Positions 63,133 through 64,000 of a stretch of DNA of 64,000 nt are shown piece by piece. Origin of the DNA: Botryllus schlosseri (taxonomy: Eukaryota); assembly GCA_051294905.1 (NCBI GenBank), contig CM119372.1, positions 29,266,001-29,330,000 on the forward strand. Direction: 5' to 3'. Below the pieces are notes generated by a model. The model searched no databases and was not told the origin of the DNA. It saw nothing but the letters and a program-made list of their open reading frames with translations. Position numbers and translations under genes: made by a program. How positions within the stretch are numbered: the stretch's first letter is position 1; each line of letters starts with the position of its first letter.

Positions 63133-64000
63133 GACTAGAGATTGTAAAAGTGATTGGTGTTGCTAAAGGTAGCACAAGTAACGCCCTATATTTTCTACTC
63201 AATTAACAGTATAAGTAGTAATTTCTAGGACACGGGAAAACTACTTCAAGTGGCAGAAATATCTAAGTATATTTGGTCGGGGGGAGGGTGGTTGCATACT
63301 TACGACAGTTAGTCGGAGGTGGCTACATACGAAATCGTAACATGTATCTTCTCGGCTAGCGCAAAATGTTTATAATAACACAATACCCATGCATTGGTAG
63401 AATATTCGAAAATATATTCAGTTACCATGCTTTAGGGGCTGTTAAGGCTACTATATTTAAGAAATAATACGCAGTCAACATCGTCGCGTAGCGGAGCTTT
63501 GTTTGGAATACATTCGTGTTAAAATGAATAACTGGGTGCAGTACAAAATTCAATGTGGGCAGATATCTCCATGATATTCCCATGTTGATTTACTATAGTC
63601 ACACAAAGCACTAAAACAAAACCCAATACATTTAATATCCCGTATTGCCAATCACAGATGGGAATTCGGATTGCGTCCATCTGATTCGAAGCACATGGTA
63701 AGAGCTCGACCGCGATGGCTGTTATAACAACCTTGGTTTGACCCCGAATATACCACATGCAAATAATATATATATATGCGATTGAAGGGCAAAATATTTC
63801 CAATAGTAAAATCTCAACCATGAAACAGCGACCGAACTTTGATCTCTTACCAGGACCGTAACTGCCGTATCCCAAATCATCCAAATGGGGGTCCCAAGCT
63901 CGAAGGGGACCCGGAATTATGCCAGCGAATGAACATAAATTATTTATACATCTCTTATTGACAATTTATGCAACTCTTTTCAATTTCTTTCGCGCTAGGC

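Overview
Eukaryotic (invertebrate animal) DNA. AT-rich, repeat-dense and intron-containing; an ascidian-like origin is a guess and is not shown by the sequence. The one recognisable host gene is a minus-strand, multi-exon galectin. Nine coding exons (ATG at 25287 down to 2111) splice with GT-AG sites and matching phases into 386 uninterrupted codons. They encode at least three tandem carbohydrate-recognition domains (CRDs), and only the middle one keeps the full galactoside-binding motif. The 3' end of the gene apparently lies left of the window. The large introns and the ~39 kb upstream are mostly transposon remains: many non-autonomous hAT elements with 8-bp target-site duplications (TSDs), nested up to four deep, several carrying family-specific microsatellite subterminal arrays. 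Also present are decayed Chapaev3, hATm-like and full-length ISL2EU-like (THAP-DDE plus SWIM) elements, a piggyBac MITE, tRNA-derived SINEs, a LINE ORF1 fragment and a Penelope-type minimal hammerhead ribozyme motif. Most ORFs in the supplied track are spurious. Superfamily names come from recalled motifs and TSD/terminal-inverted-repeat (TIR) signatures, not from database searches.
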